From Acidobacteriota bacterium (GTDB taxonomy: Bacteria; Acidobacteriota; Vicinamibacteria; Vicinamibacterales; CAVVIG01), in assembly GCA_046726355.1 (NCBI GenBank), contig JBKPAI010000070.1:22637-86636 (forward strand): a stretch of DNA of 64,000 nucleotides, read 5' to 3'. The notes beneath the pieces were generated by a model. The model did not search any database. It was not told where the DNA came from and worked only from the letters and a program-made list of their open reading frames with translations. Of the stretch, positions 19,456 to 29,382 are shown piece by piece; the first letter of the stretch is position 1, and each line of letters starts with the position of its first letter. A program made the position numbers and the translations under genes.

Positions 19456-19827
19456 ATGGTGAAGCCGATTCCCGACGGATGGCATACCGTCACGCCCCGG
19501 ATCATCGTGCGCGATCCGGCTGCGCTGGTGCAGTTCGTCAAACAGGTGTTCGGCGCCGCCGGTGACTACCGTCGCGATGGGCCGTCCGAGATCCGAATCG
19601 GCGACTCGACCATCATGATCAGCGGCGCCGACATCCGTGAAACGACGACAGCGTTCCTGTACGTGTACGTCGACGATGTGGATGCGACCTGGCAGCGTGC
19701 TGTCGAAGCGGGCGCGACGCCGCTCGAAGAGCCGCAGGACCTGCCCTACGGGGATCGCCGCGGCATGGTAAAGGATCGGTGGGGCAACCTGTGGCAGATC
19801 GCGACCCACCAGAAGGACTGGAGGTGA
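19456..19827 (+). CDS. VOC / glyoxalase-bleomycin resistance family protein (PhnB-like)
   Basis: 123 aa. IPDGWHTVTPRIIVRDPAALVQFVKQVFGA ... LPYGDRRGMVKDRWGNLWQIATH. Confidence 0.8.
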   Translation: MVKPIPDGWHTVTPRIIVRDPAALVQFVKQVFGAAGDYRRDGPSEIRIGDSTIMISGADIRETTTAFLYVYVDDVDATWQRAVEAGATPLEEPQDLPYGDRRGMVKDRWGNLWQIATHQKDWR

Positions 19828-19922
19828 TGCGCCGCAGATGGCGCGGGCCGATGACCATAATGGTTAACTAGAGTTAACCCTGAGGCTACCGATGAATGTG
19901 TCCATAAACGCGAAGCGCCTGC

Positions 19923-20465
19923 GTGCACTTCGGCAATTCTGACGTGGACCTGGACACTCCGGGGCATGTCGACCGGTTTCGCCGTGTGTTTCGCGCCACC
20001 AACGATCGCCGCATGGCGATTGTCGTTCACATGCGGTCGTCGGTGACAAGACAGCGCCCGTACGGCGCGACCCAGGCGCGCGTGTTCCTGGAATCCCTTC
20101 TTCCGGCAGCACCGGATGGGCCGGTCCAGATTGCGCACTTGACCGGCGCCGGCGGCTACGACGATCCCTCCATCGATCAAGCGCTGTCTGTTTTCACGCG
20201 TGCCATTGCCGACCACGATCCGCGTACGGCGCACCTCTACTTCGACGTGTCTGGAGTCGCTGGCTTTGGGCAATGGCGCGAGAAGGCGGAGTTGATTGCT
20301 GCGCGTATCCGCCAGGTCGGTCTCGAACGGATACTTTACGGATCCGATGCCGCTGGCGGCGGCGGTGTTCCTCCGCGCGAAGCCTGGGCGGCGTTTCGGC
20401 GTTTGCCGCTGTCTGAATCTGAATTTCAGACGATCGCGAACAACGTGGCGCCCTATTTGCGGTGA
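19923..20465 (+). pseudogene. amidohydrolase-2-like protein lacking the N-terminal third (probable remnant)
   Basis: GTG-initiated 180-aa ORF. It contains only the C-terminal landmarks (IAHLTGAGG, YFDVSG, RILYGSDAA). No HxH metal-binding N-terminus is present, and only 95 nt of space lies upstream. An in-frame stop sits at 19905-19907. Confidence 0.5.
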
Positions 20466-20562
20466 GCACGATCGTCCTGCCGAATCCGTGGTGCCGCGAA
20501 ACCGCCCGGAGTCGAGCGATTCGGTTCAAGGCGGTCACGCGTCAAGCTACACTCCAACGCTC

Positions 20563-20821
20563 GTGACCCAGTCATCCGATCCGACGAGCGCAGTGTGCTG
20601 CCGGGGTCTGGTCAAGCGCTACGGCGAGGTCATTGCCGTGGCCGCCCTCGACCTCGAAGTGCGCCGCGGTGAGTGCTTCGGCTTGCTCGGACCAAACGGC
20701 GCGGGCAAGACCACCACCGTAGAGATCTTCGAAGGCCTGAGGGCCCAGGACGCCGGCGAAGTCGAGGTGCTTGGCGAGCGCTGGCACAGCAACGGTTTGA
20801 CCTTGCGCGCGCGACTGGGGG
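20563..20821 (+). pseudogene. ABC transporter ATP-binding protein fragment (Walker A only)
   Basis: From GTG 20563 the sequence reads VTQSSDPTSAVCCRGLVKRYGEVIAVAALDLEVRRGECFGLLGPNGAGKTTTVEIFEGLRAQDAGEVEVLGE... It stops resembling an ATPase after about 85 aa. The Q-loop, LSGGQ signature and Walker B are absent. Confidence 0.65.
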
Positions 20822-21780
20822 GTGTTCGTTTTCCCGATCGTGTTGACGGCCATCCTTGGCCTTGCGTTCCGGAGCCGCCCGCCGGAGGCGCTGCCCGTGG
20901 CCGTGATCACGGGTCCTCACGCCAACGCACACCTGTCGGCGCTTGCGGCGGCGGCAGACCTGAAGCCGAGCGTTCTTCCTGCGGGCGAGGCGCGACAGGC
21001 GCTTGCCCGCGGTCGCGTGGTCCTCGTGGTGTCGAGTGACGACACGCCGGTGTACTCCTACGACCCCACGCAGCCTGAGAGCCGCGCCGCCCGCCTGGCC
21101 GTTGACGCCGCCCTCCAACGCGCGGCTGGACGCGCGGACGCTTTTATTCCGGGACAGTCGCAGCTGACCGAGCCCGGTGCGCGCTACGTGGACTTCCTTG
21201 TGCCGGGCCTGCTCGGTATGAACCTGATGGGCACTGGCATGTGGGGCATCGGCTTCTCGCTCGTGGTCGCACGTAACGGCAACCTGCTGAAGCGACTGGT
21301 GGCGGCCCCCGCTCGGCGAAGGCACCTATTGGGGGCACAGCTCGTCTCACGGCTGATCTTCCTGATTCCGGAGGCTGGAGCGCTGATCATATTCGCGCAC
21401 TTCGCGCTCGGCGTACCGCTCCGCTGCACGGATCAGTCCTCCTCCTCGCCGGAGTGTCGCTGCTTGGCGCCCTGGCGTTCAGCGGCCTCGGACTGTTGAC
21501 GGCCGCGCGGCCGCGGACCATCGAGGGCGTCTCAGGGATCATGAACCTGGTGATGGTGCCGATGTGGATCTTTTCCGGGATCTTCTTCTCGACGGAGCGC
21601 TTTCCGGCAGGGATGCAGCCCTTCGTGCAGGCACTGCCCTTGACCGCGCTGAACGACGCTCTGCGCGGCGTGATGCTGGAGGGTGCCGGTCTGATGCCCT
21701 TCCTGCCCGAGTTGGCGCTCCTGGCGGCGTGGGGAACGGTAAGTTTCGTTCTCGCGTTGAAGTTGTTTCGCTGGCAATAG
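20822..21780 (+). pseudogene. ABC-2 type permease, 5'-truncated and frameshifted
   Basis: Permease-like sequence begins abruptly in the +1 frame at 20822 (VFVFPIVLTAILGLAF...). A second frame change is needed near 21420-21430 to join ...FAHFALGVPL to GSVLLLLAGVSLLGALAFSGLGLLTAARPRTIEG...LALKLFRWQ (ORF 21454..21780). Confidence 0.6.
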
Positions 21781-21811
21781 GCAAGACCTCGAGTGTGAGA
21801 TTCCGGACTCT

Positions 21812-22363
21812 TTACGGAACACGCCGTGCCCGAAATTCGCCTTCGAGCCTCCACGTTGTCCCATCGGGCTGCAGCGCTTCTCCCAGCCAGTGGAACGAAT
21901 CGGCGGTGATTTCGGTGAAACGCCATCGGGTCGGCGTGCCGTCCGTGCGGGCGCCGATCTGGACGATGTCGCTTCCACTCCGCCGGCCGATTTGCTCCTC
22001 CCGATGCCCTGGGACGGGATTGATCCACGTAATGCGCCAGGCCTGGATGGCAGAATCCCACACACGCAGCGTCGTGCCGTACATGTTATTGGTCCGGTCA
22101 TCCTGTGCGCTGCGGTCCGCGCGCCGCGGCATGATCCAGACGTCCTGCACGGCGCGCCCTTCGAGCGCCCACCCGAAATGCGCTTCGCCTTTGATCCCGC
22201 TGGCCCTCATATCGATGGCCCGGTAGTGCAGAACGTCGAGCTCCCAGCTGCCAATGAGCCAGCCGTACAGGTCTGCCGATTCCGGAATTTCAGCCGAGCG
22301 GCCGGGAGCCGACAATACACTCTGCGCGACTGGTATTTCTTCTGTTCGGTTTGAAATCATCAT
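21812..22363 (-). CDS. hypothetical protein (possibly DUF1579-like)
   Basis: 183-aa ORF with globular, Trp-rich sequence (LYGWLIGSWELDV...WRITWINPV...FHWLGEA). The family assignment is tentative. Confidence 0.5.
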   Translation of the reverse strand: MMISNRTEEIPVAQSVLSAPGRSAEIPESADLYGWLIGSWELDVLHYRAIDMRASGIKGEAHFGWALEGRAVQDVWIMPRRADRSAQDDRTNNMYGTTLRVWDSAIQAWRITWINPVPGHREEQIGRRSGSDIVQIGARTDGTPTRWRFTEITADSFHWLGEALQPDGTTWRLEGEFRARRVP

Positions 22364-22540
22364 CAGTTCCTCCTGAGGCTGCGGTCAGCCGTGGTCTCGA
22401 CAGAAGTGCGACCCACATTGACTTGTAGCAAGGGGAGATCGTTTGAATCTTGGCAAAAGTTGCGATCGGCGTGCTGCGGGTGTACCGAATCAGTTCTGTG
22501 ATAAGGTCCGCGACACCGACCAGGCGGCGGCTCGCAGCGG

Positions 22541-25117
22541 GTGCCATTCGAAACGATTGACTCTGACTGGAACCGTCGAGCGATGATCTGTTCCGCCGAT
22601 CCTGTGCGCGGCACCCTGGACCTGCCGATCGTGGACCACACGATCCGCGACGCGCGGTATGGACTCCGGCTGCTGCGGCGCAGCCCCGCATTCACAACCG
22701 TCGCGCTGCTCTCCCTGGCGCTCGGCATCGGCGCGAACGGCGCAATTTTTCAGCTGATAGATGTGGTCACACTGAAAAGCCTTCCGATTGCCGACCCCCA
22801 GGAGCTGGCCGAAGTGCGCGCCGACGGCGTTCGCGGGTTTGGCGTGTCGGCCGACTTCAACGCCGAGGTCACCTATCCGTTGTGGGAGCAGATTCGACGC
22901 CATCAGACTGCATTCGCGGGGATATTTGCCTGGGGGAACACGACGCTGCTCGTCGGCCGTGGAGGCGACGCCCGGCGAGCCAACGGACTCTGGGTGAGCG
23001 GCGACTTCTTCCCGGTGCTGGGCGTGGTCCCCGAGCGGGGACGGCTGCTCGGTGCCGCCGACGATCACCGCGGATGCGGCGCGGGTGCGGCGGTTGTGAG
23101 TCACGCGTTCTGGCAAGCGTACTTCGGCGGCCGGGAGTCGGTCATCGGCAGCACACTCACGGTTTTGAATCAGCCATTCATCGTTGTCGGCGTGACGCCT
23201 GCCCGGTTCACCGGCCTCGAAGTCGGCGACACATTCGACCTCGCGCTGCCCGTGTGCGCGGCGGCGCTCTGGTCTGACAGTCTCGACCGGCGGGACTTGT
23301 GGTGGCTGACCGTCATGGGCCGGCTCAGACCGGATTGGACGATGGCACGGGCAAGCGCCCACCTGCAGGCGCTGAGTCCCGGGCTCCTCGAAGCCACGAT
23401 GCCGTCCGGATATAACGCCGAGCTCACCGCCAGGTATCGCGCCTTTCGCTTTGGTGTGATTCCCGCTGGTCGCGGTGTCAGCCGTCTGCGGGAGACGCAC
23501 GGCACGTATCTCTCTCTGCTTCTGGGCCTGACCGGCCTGGTGCTGCTCATCACGTGCGGCAATCTCGCGATGCTCATGCTGGCTCGTGCCGGTGCCCGTG
23601 GGCGCGAGATCGCGGTACGGGTGGCCACTGGCGCCTCGCGGCCACGGCTCGTGTCGCAGATGGTGATCGAAAGCCTGTTGGTTTCTGCCGGCGGCGCGGC
23701 ACTCGCGGTCCCGATCGCTCTGCTGGCGGGGAGAGCCCTGGTCACATTCCTCGAGACCGCGACAAATCCCGTGAAGCTGAATCTCACCGCGGACTGGCGG
23801 CTGCTCTCGTTTGTCGGCGCGGTTGGCGGGCTGACGACCGTCCTATTCGGCCTGGCCCCGGCGCTCCGCGTGTCAATCGTCGATCCCGTAGCTGTCCTGC
23901 GGCAGACGTCGCGCGGCTCGACCCTGGATTGGCATCGGGCCCGGTTGCAGCGCGGGCTTGTCATCGGACAGGTCGCGGTCTCGTTGGTACTGGTCATCTC
24001 GGCGCTCCTCTTCGTCCGGAGTTTCAGGAATCTGACGGCGGTCGACCCCGGCTTCGAGCTGAACGGCACGATCGCGGTCTCGTTCCTGGATCTCGGCGCC
24101 GCGGCACTTCCTCTCGAGCGGCGGATCCTGTTTCAGCAGCAGCTGACCAGCGAGATCCGGTCGGTGCCCGGCGTCGACGCTGCGGCTTCGTCGACGCAGA
24201 TTCTTCTGAGCGGAGCGACGTGGTTTCATTTCTTCCGGATCATGAGCCTTGCGGGAAACGAGCAGAAGGCGTCGCGCTTCACTTACGTCAGTCCCGGCTA
24301 CTTCGAGACGCTGAAGATCCCGATCCGATCGGGCCGCGACTTTCAGGAGTTCGACAACGCGACCTCCCGCCGCGTGATCCTCGTCAACGAGAGCTTCGTC
24401 CGCAGCCATCTTGGCGGACTGAGCCCGATCGGCACGACCCTCCGCACCATTGCAGAAGCGGGCTATCCGGAGACGACGTACGAGATCATCGGCGTCGTCG
24501 GGAACACGAAGTACTCGGACCTTCGCGAAGAGATGCCACCGATTGCCTTCGTGCCGATGGCCCAGAGTCCCAGCCTGTACCCGTGGGCGCCAGTGATGGT
24601 GCGCTCCGGCGGCCCTTTGCCGGGAGTCACGTCCGCAATCGCGCAGCGCGTGGCGAGGCTGAATCCGGCGATCGCGATTCAGTTCACCGAGCTGAAGTCT
24701 CAGGTTCGCGAGCGCCTCGTTGCGGAACGGATGATGGCCTGGCTCGCCGGGGCGTTCGGCATCCTGGCAATCGTTCTGGTCACGGTCGGCTTGTACGGCA
24801 TGATCGCGTATCTGGCTGTGAGCCGAAGAAACGAGATCGGCATTCGTTTGTCGCTCGGCTCCACCCGTGCGCAGATCGTCGCCCTCGTGCTTCGCGACAG
24901 CTTGTGGCTCCTGGCAACAGGTGTAGCGATCGGCCTTCCGTTGGCTGCTGCGACGATGCGCGGCCTCAGCTCGCTGCTCTTCGGTCTCTCCGCCACCGAT
25001 CTGCCGACGGTGGCCGGCGCCACGTGTCTCCTCGCCGCCGCCGCGGTACCTGCCAGCTGCGTCCCGGCCTGGCGGGCGGCCGGCGTCAGTCCCGACATCG
25101 CGCTCCGCTGCGAATAA
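22541..25117 (+). CDS. ADOP-family duplicated orphan permease
   Basis: N-terminal IRDARYGLRLLRRSPAFTTVALLSLALGIGANGAIF, two periplasmic-domain + FtsX modules, and C-terminus PAWRAAGVSPDIALRCE. The start could instead be Met 15 at 22583. Confidence 0.85.
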   Translation: MPFETIDSDWNRRAMICSADPVRGTLDLPIVDHTIRDARYGLRLLRRSPAFTTVALLSLALGIGANGAIFQLIDVVTLKSLPIADPQELAEVRADGVRGFGVSADFNAEVTYPLWEQIRRHQTAFAGIFAWGNTTLLVGRGGDARRANGLWVSGDFFPVLGVVPERGRLLGAADDHRGCGAGAAVVSHAFWQAYFGGRESVIGSTLTVLNQPFIVVGVTPARFTGLEVGDTFDLALPVCAAALWSDSLDRRDLWWLTVMGRLRPDWTMARASAHLQALSPGLLEATMPSGYNAELTARYRAFRFGVIPAGRGVSRLRETHGTYLSLLLGLTGLVLLITCGNLAMLMLARAGARGREIAVRVATGASRPRLVSQMVIESLLVSAGGAALAVPIALLAGRALVTFLETATNPVKLNLTADWRLLSFVGAVGGLTTVLFGLAPALRVSIVDPVAVLRQTSRGSTLDWHRARLQRGLVIGQVAVSLVLVISALLFVRSFRNLTAVDPGFELNGTIAVSFLDLGAAALPLERRILFQQQLTSEIRSVPGVDAAASSTQILLSGATWFHFFRIMSLAGNEQKASRFTYVSPGYFETLKIPIRSGRDFQEFDNATSRRVILVNESFVRSHLGGLSPIGTTLRTIAEAGYPETTYEIIGVVGNTKYSDLREEMPPIAFVPMAQSPSLYPWAPVMVRSGGPLPGVTSAIAQRVARLNPAIAIQFTELKSQVRERLVAERMMAWLAGAFGILAIVLVTVGLYGMIAYLAVSRRNEIGIRLSLGSTRAQIVALVLRDSLWLLATGVAIGLPLAAATMRGLSSLLFGLSATDLPTVAGATCLLAAAAVPASCVPAWRAAGVSPDIALRCE

Positions 25118-25133
25118 AGGGCACGCGCAAATT

Positions 25134-25241
25134 GATCGTCACGATCGCTCCTGTGACGGCATACAACGCAGAACCCGCTGAACCCGCAGAAAAACCATGT
25201 GTTCTGCGAGCTCCGCGTGTTCTGCGCTGATCGTTGTGATC
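25134..25241. repeat. hairpin array, family E (CGCAGAAC / GTTCTGCG units) in convergent spacer
   Basis: acgcagaac ccgctgaac ccgcagaaa aaccatgtg ttctgcgag ctccgcgtg ttctgcgc, flanked by the outer near-complementary pair gatcgtcacgatc / gatcgttgtgatc. Confidence 0.7.
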
Positions 25242-25247
25242 TCCCTG

Positions 25248-27971
25248 TCAAAAAATCTTGTAGCCCGTGACCCGTATGACATGGGTTCCCTTGGTGCTGT
25301 TCGCGTTGACGCCACGCGGACCGTAACCCCACTCGCCGGCGAGCAGCCATCCCGAGGGCACGGGAATTTCGAGTGCGGTGCCGAAGCCGGGATACCCACG
25401 GGACTGCCGATCCTCTGGCGCGCGTGCAATGCCGAAATCGAGAAACCCATCGAGACGAACTCTCGGAGACGGGGTCCACGTCGCGACGCTGCGGACTGCG
25501 GCGCCGGTGGTGTATCGGATGCTCACGCTTGGATAGCCGCGGAGCGGGTTGTCGAAGGTGCCGAATGTGAACTGACTGAACCGGTCGAGACGGCTGCCTG
25601 TCATCCACGCGATTTCCACGTGCGCAATCGCCCGCGGGGACCAGACCATCGATCGCGCCAGCGTCGCGCCGTACCGTTCGAACACGCGCGCGTCCAGTTG
25701 ATCCGCCGAGGGCGTCATCCCCCAGGGCTGCCACTCCTGCCGGCGCGCCACGCTGGACCAGGCGGCCGCGTTCCACGGACCGCGGTCCGCCTCGAGCACG
25801 ATCCGGGCGCCATGCACCGGCGTGCTGGCAGGAACGACGAAACCCGCGGCCGTGGTCTCGGCGCGCGTGTAGCGCGTGTACGTCAGCTCGTAGCCGGCAC
25901 GAAGACGGACCGCAGGCGCGATGGTTCCGAGCGTCGCGAGCGACACCTGTGCCGGGCGCTGGTGGATGTTCTCCTCGTAGCGCTCGATGCCGCCGCGGAA
26001 GGCGCGATCGTTGTACGAGACCACCAGGCCGGAGGCGTCGCCGGCGAGCCGCCATCGGTTCGCCATGAACGGCCGCGTCGCCCACGACAGACGGCCGTAG
26101 GTGCCGCCGAAGAACGCGTTCAGCTGCGTGCCGGTTCCGAAGAGATTGAAATCGACGTAGCTGACGCCGGCGAAGGCGAGCGGCACCGAAATGTTCGGAT
26201 CGAACAGGCTGCCGACAACGGCTGTCGTCACATGCTCGCGAGTCGATGGTGACAGCCGCCGCAGCTCGCCGCCCGCGGCGGACCGGGGCACGAGAAAGCG
26301 ATACCCCTGCGGCATGTCCCGCAGCAGCACCGCGTCGGAGCGGTACGCCGCCTCCAGCTGCGACGCGTAATCGGCCGCGTTCAGCTCGTGCCGCTCGAAC
26401 GTGACGATACGGTGAATCGGTGTCGATCCGACAGGACCGGCGTAGACCTGGAAGATCTCGGCCCGCTGCAGCAGCGACACCGGCACCGCGGCCTGCTCGC
26501 GCGCTTCGTACTCGTCGATTTCGCGCGATGAGGCGACCGGTCCGCGCAACCCTGTCTGGACGGCATCGGTCCTGAGCAGCAGAAATGTCTGGCTGTCGAT
26601 CCAGGCGCGGCCGGCGAACAGCGTCTGCCCGGAATCCCGCGGCATGAATGAGACGATGTACGCGTCGCGGCCGTTGACGTGTTCGCGGCCGCGGAGTGCG
26701 TAGGTATACGCCTCCGTCAACATGATCCGGAGCGGCGGCGCGGTCACGCGCTCCGGCTCGATCAGCGGAAGCTTCGGCGCGTCGCCGGCAGCCCGCGGCA
26801 GGGCGAGACCGTTCACCCGAATCTGCTCCTGCTGAATGTCGGTCTGACCCGGCGCGGCGAAGACGGTCGTCCGCGCTGTCACAGTCAGCGGCCCCGGAAA
26901 CCCGGGCACCTGGAAGGCGAGCACGGTCGATCCCGTCGAAATGACCGTCCGCAGTACCCGTTCCTGCCTGGCCCGCGCCGCCTGATGCCGCGCGATGATC
27001 TCACTGACGGCTAATGCGCGCGTGCCGGTGACCTCAACGCCGGTGGCGAACGCATCGTCCGTTGCGCCGCGCCAGCCGCGGATCTGCAGGACGAACGGCG
27101 ACCGCGTCGCCGCCAGATCCAGCCGTGCGCCCGAGCCTTGCGCGTGCACGCTGCCGAACGTGACCAGTCGTATCGCTGTCGGCGTCACCGTCACGCGAGT
27201 AATCGGCTCGTGCGGCCGAATCGTTGCGACCGCATCGAGCGTCTGTGGATTCAAGTACACGTCCGCGTCGCATGCCGCGTCGCATGTCACGCGAACGTCC
27301 GGCAACGGCGCGAGTCCGCGCGGCAGCACATCACGCATCGCCGCAATTGCCGGGATGACATCGCCGCCAGCGTCAGGCAGAGGCACGACCAGGTGGTCCG
27401 AACCGGGAAGCCGGGCGCTGGTGACGATGTCGAAGGCGGATGCGGGCCCGGGGAACGTCATATCGGTCCAGTGAGGCATTCCGGGGAGCCGCGCCGATAC
27501 CTCGCCGGCGTCGGCGCTCAGCACCACGAAATCGATGTAGCCGGCGAGCGCGTCAATCGAGGGATCGCGCAAGTGCGATGAGAGAAGCTTGACGCCGACC
27601 GGCAGGTCGCGCGCCGACGCCCGGGCCGCCGTTATCACTGTGCGAAGCTGATACCGCACCTCGTCGGTCAGCGTGGCAATCGTACGTGCGTCAACAATGA
27701 CGGCGGCCGCACGGCGCGGCGGAAGCTGAGACAGCGCCGCATCGACTGCATCCGTAGAGGAGCTCGCAGGAATGACGATGGCGGCAGGGACATCGGCCCA
27801 GATCGCCGGCACGGGGTTCCCGGACGGGATGGCGAGCACGACGCACGCGGCGCAGGGCGGCGACTCCTGGGCGGCTGCCGCGGCGGGAATCGCCACCGCC
27901 ATGCCAAATGCGGTCAGCAGCCGCCGGTGACAGCCGATCGGCCGCAGACCACGCGGCTCGACCATGATCAA
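25248..27971 (-). CDS. large secreted outer-membrane protein: unknown N-terminal region + LolA-like domain + Omp85-like C-terminal barrel
   Basis: 907 aa. Signal-like LLTAFGMAVAIPAAAAAQ. The central segment GRDAYIVSFMPRDSGQTLFAGRAWIDSQTFLLLRTD resembles the LolA-like lipoprotein-sorting fold. The C-terminal third is rich in beta-strands, carries FDNPLRGY and ends VIRVTGYKIF. Confidence 0.6.
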   Translation of the reverse strand: MIMVEPRGLRPIGCHRRLLTAFGMAVAIPAAAAAQESPPCAACVVLAIPSGNPVPAIWADVPAAIVIPASSSTDAVDAALSQLPPRRAAAVIVDARTIATLTDEVRYQLRTVITAARASARDLPVGVKLLSSHLRDPSIDALAGYIDFVVLSADAGEVSARLPGMPHWTDMTFPGPASAFDIVTSARLPGSDHLVVPLPDAGGDVIPAIAAMRDVLPRGLAPLPDVRVTCDAACDADVYLNPQTLDAVATIRPHEPITRVTVTPTAIRLVTFGSVHAQGSGARLDLAATRSPFVLQIRGWRGATDDAFATGVEVTGTRALAVSEIIARHQAARARQERVLRTVISTGSTVLAFQVPGFPGPLTVTARTTVFAAPGQTDIQQEQIRVNGLALPRAAGDAPKLPLIEPERVTAPPLRIMLTEAYTYALRGREHVNGRDAYIVSFMPRDSGQTLFAGRAWIDSQTFLLLRTDAVQTGLRGPVASSREIDEYEAREQAAVPVSLLQRAEIFQVYAGPVGSTPIHRIVTFERHELNAADYASQLEAAYRSDAVLLRDMPQGYRFLVPRSAAGGELRRLSPSTREHVTTAVVGSLFDPNISVPLAFAGVSYVDFNLFGTGTQLNAFFGGTYGRLSWATRPFMANRWRLAGDASGLVVSYNDRAFRGGIERYEENIHQRPAQVSLATLGTIAPAVRLRAGYELTYTRYTRAETTAAGFVVPASTPVHGARIVLEADRGPWNAAAWSSVARRQEWQPWGMTPSADQLDARVFERYGATLARSMVWSPRAIAHVEIAWMTGSRLDRFSQFTFGTFDNPLRGYPSVSIRYTTGAAVRSVATWTPSPRVRLDGFLDFGIARAPEDRQSRGYPGFGTALEIPVPSGWLLAGEWGYGPRGVNANSTKGTHVIRVTGYKIF

Positions 27972-28030
27972 ATATGTATTGTACTGGGCGGGGCGTGCTT
28001 CTCACTACAGCTCATTCTTCGAGGACCATC

Positions 28031-29377
28031 ATGGATCGCCGCGACTTCATCAAGACAAGCGCCGCGCTGCTCGCCGGGGCGCACTTTCGAGCATACGCCG
28101 AACAGTTTGCCGGTTCAGCGAAGCGCGTCGGTCTGATCGGCGCCGGCTGGTACGGCAAGACGGATTTGCTGCGCCTGATCCAGGTGGCGCCGGTCGAGGT
28201 CGTCTCGCTCTGCGATGTGGATCGGCACATGCTGGCGGACGCGGCGGCGCTCGTCGCCTCGCGTCAGGCATCCCGCAAGACGCCGCGCACCTACACGGAC
28301 TACCGCGCCATGTTGCGCGAGCGCGACCTCGATATCGTGCTGGTCGTGACGCCGGACCACTGGCATGCGCTGCCGATGATCGAGGCGGTACGGTCGGGCG
28401 CCGACGTGTGGGTCCAGAAGCCGCTCAGCGTGGACGTCGTCGAAGGGCAGGCGATGCTGGCGGCCGCGCGCAAGCACCGGCGCGTCGTGCAGGTCGGCAT
28501 GCAGCGACGCAGCACACCGCACCTGGTCAACGCCCGCGACCGCGTGATCCGCGAAGGGCGGCTGGGCAAAATCGGCCTCGTCGAGATCTACTGTTACTAC
28601 CACATGAGAGCGACCGCGAACCCGCCGGACACGCAGCCGCCGGAGTACCTTGATTACGACATGTGGACCGGGCCGGCGCCGATGCGTCCGTACAACGAGC
28701 TGGTGCACCCGCGCAGCTGGCGGGCGTTCATGGAGTACGGGAACGGCATCGTCGGGGACATGTGCGTCCACATGCTGGACATGGTGCGGTGGATGCTGGA
28801 GCTCGGGATGCCGGCGCGCGTCAGCTCGTCAGGCGGCATTCTGGTCGACAAGGCAAGCAAGGCCAATATCACCGATACCCAGACCGCGACGTTCGAGTTC
28901 GGTGAACTGCCGGTCGTGTGGACGCATCGTACCTACGGAGAACCGCCCGATCCTGAGTATCCGTGGGGCGCCACGTTCTATGGCGACAAGGGGACGCTCA
29001 AGGCGAGTGTGATGGGCTACAGCTTCGTGCCGTCCGGCAAGAACGGCTCGCCCATCCACGAGGACGTCGTCTACGAGCTCGATCAGTTTCCCGAGGATCG
29101 AACGGAAAAGGATCTCGAGCGCCACGTTGCCCCGGCAATCCGCGCGCACATGAAAAACTTCCTCCAGAGCATCGAGTCGCGCAGCGCGCCGGTGGCGGAC
29201 ATCGAGCAAGGATACATGTCGGCGACCGCCTGCATTCTGGCCAATCTGTCGATGCAGCTGGGTCGATCGCTGCAGTGGGATCACCGCAAGGGCGTGGTCG
29301 TGAACGATCCGGACGCCAACACGCTGCTGCGGCGGCCCTATCGTTCGCCGTGGGTGCACCCGGAGCCGGAAGCATAG
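28031..29377 (+). CDS. Gfo/Idh/MocA family oxidoreductase with Tat signal
   Basis: Met 20 of ORF 27974..29377 gives MDRRDFIKTSAALLAGAHF. Rossmann motif VGLIGAGWYGKTD. DIVLVVTPDHWH and EKP-like VWVQKPLS are present. Confidence 0.85.
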   Translation: MDRRDFIKTSAALLAGAHFRAYAEQFAGSAKRVGLIGAGWYGKTDLLRLIQVAPVEVVSLCDVDRHMLADAAALVASRQASRKTPRTYTDYRAMLRERDLDIVLVVTPDHWHALPMIEAVRSGADVWVQKPLSVDVVEGQAMLAAARKHRRVVQVGMQRRSTPHLVNARDRVIREGRLGKIGLVEIYCYYHMRATANPPDTQPPEYLDYDMWTGPAPMRPYNELVHPRSWRAFMEYGNGIVGDMCVHMLDMVRWMLELGMPARVSSSGGILVDKASKANITDTQTATFEFGELPVVWTHRTYGEPPDPEYPWGATFYGDKGTLKASVMGYSFVPSGKNGSPIHEDVVYELDQFPEDRTEKDLERHVAPAIRAHMKNFLQSIESRSAPVADIEQGYMSATACILANLSMQLGRSLQWDHRKGVVVNDPDANTLLRRPYRSPWVHPEPEA

Positions 29378-29382
29378 GGATC

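Noticed and set aside
20521-20562. Sigma-70-like promoter TTCAAG-N17-TACACT upstream of the ABC ATPase fragment
   Set aside because: The spacing is right, but the hexamers are weak, the -10 is only 9 nt from the GTG start, and the downstream genes appear to be pseudogenes. The evidence is too thin to report as a feature.
20296-21039. The 247-aa ORF taken at face value as an intact protein
   Set aside because: Only residues 90 to about 175 look like an ABC ATPase (Walker A region). The rest is out-of-frame read-through on both sides. I interpret it as a fragment.
23554-26085. ORFs 23554..25230 (plus strand) and 24700..26085 (minus strand) crossing the ADOP / Omp85-like gene boundary
   Set aside because: They are alternative-frame or antisense Arg/Pro-rich ORFs that run through the intergenic hairpin repeat, and they are incompatible with the clearly coding neighbours.
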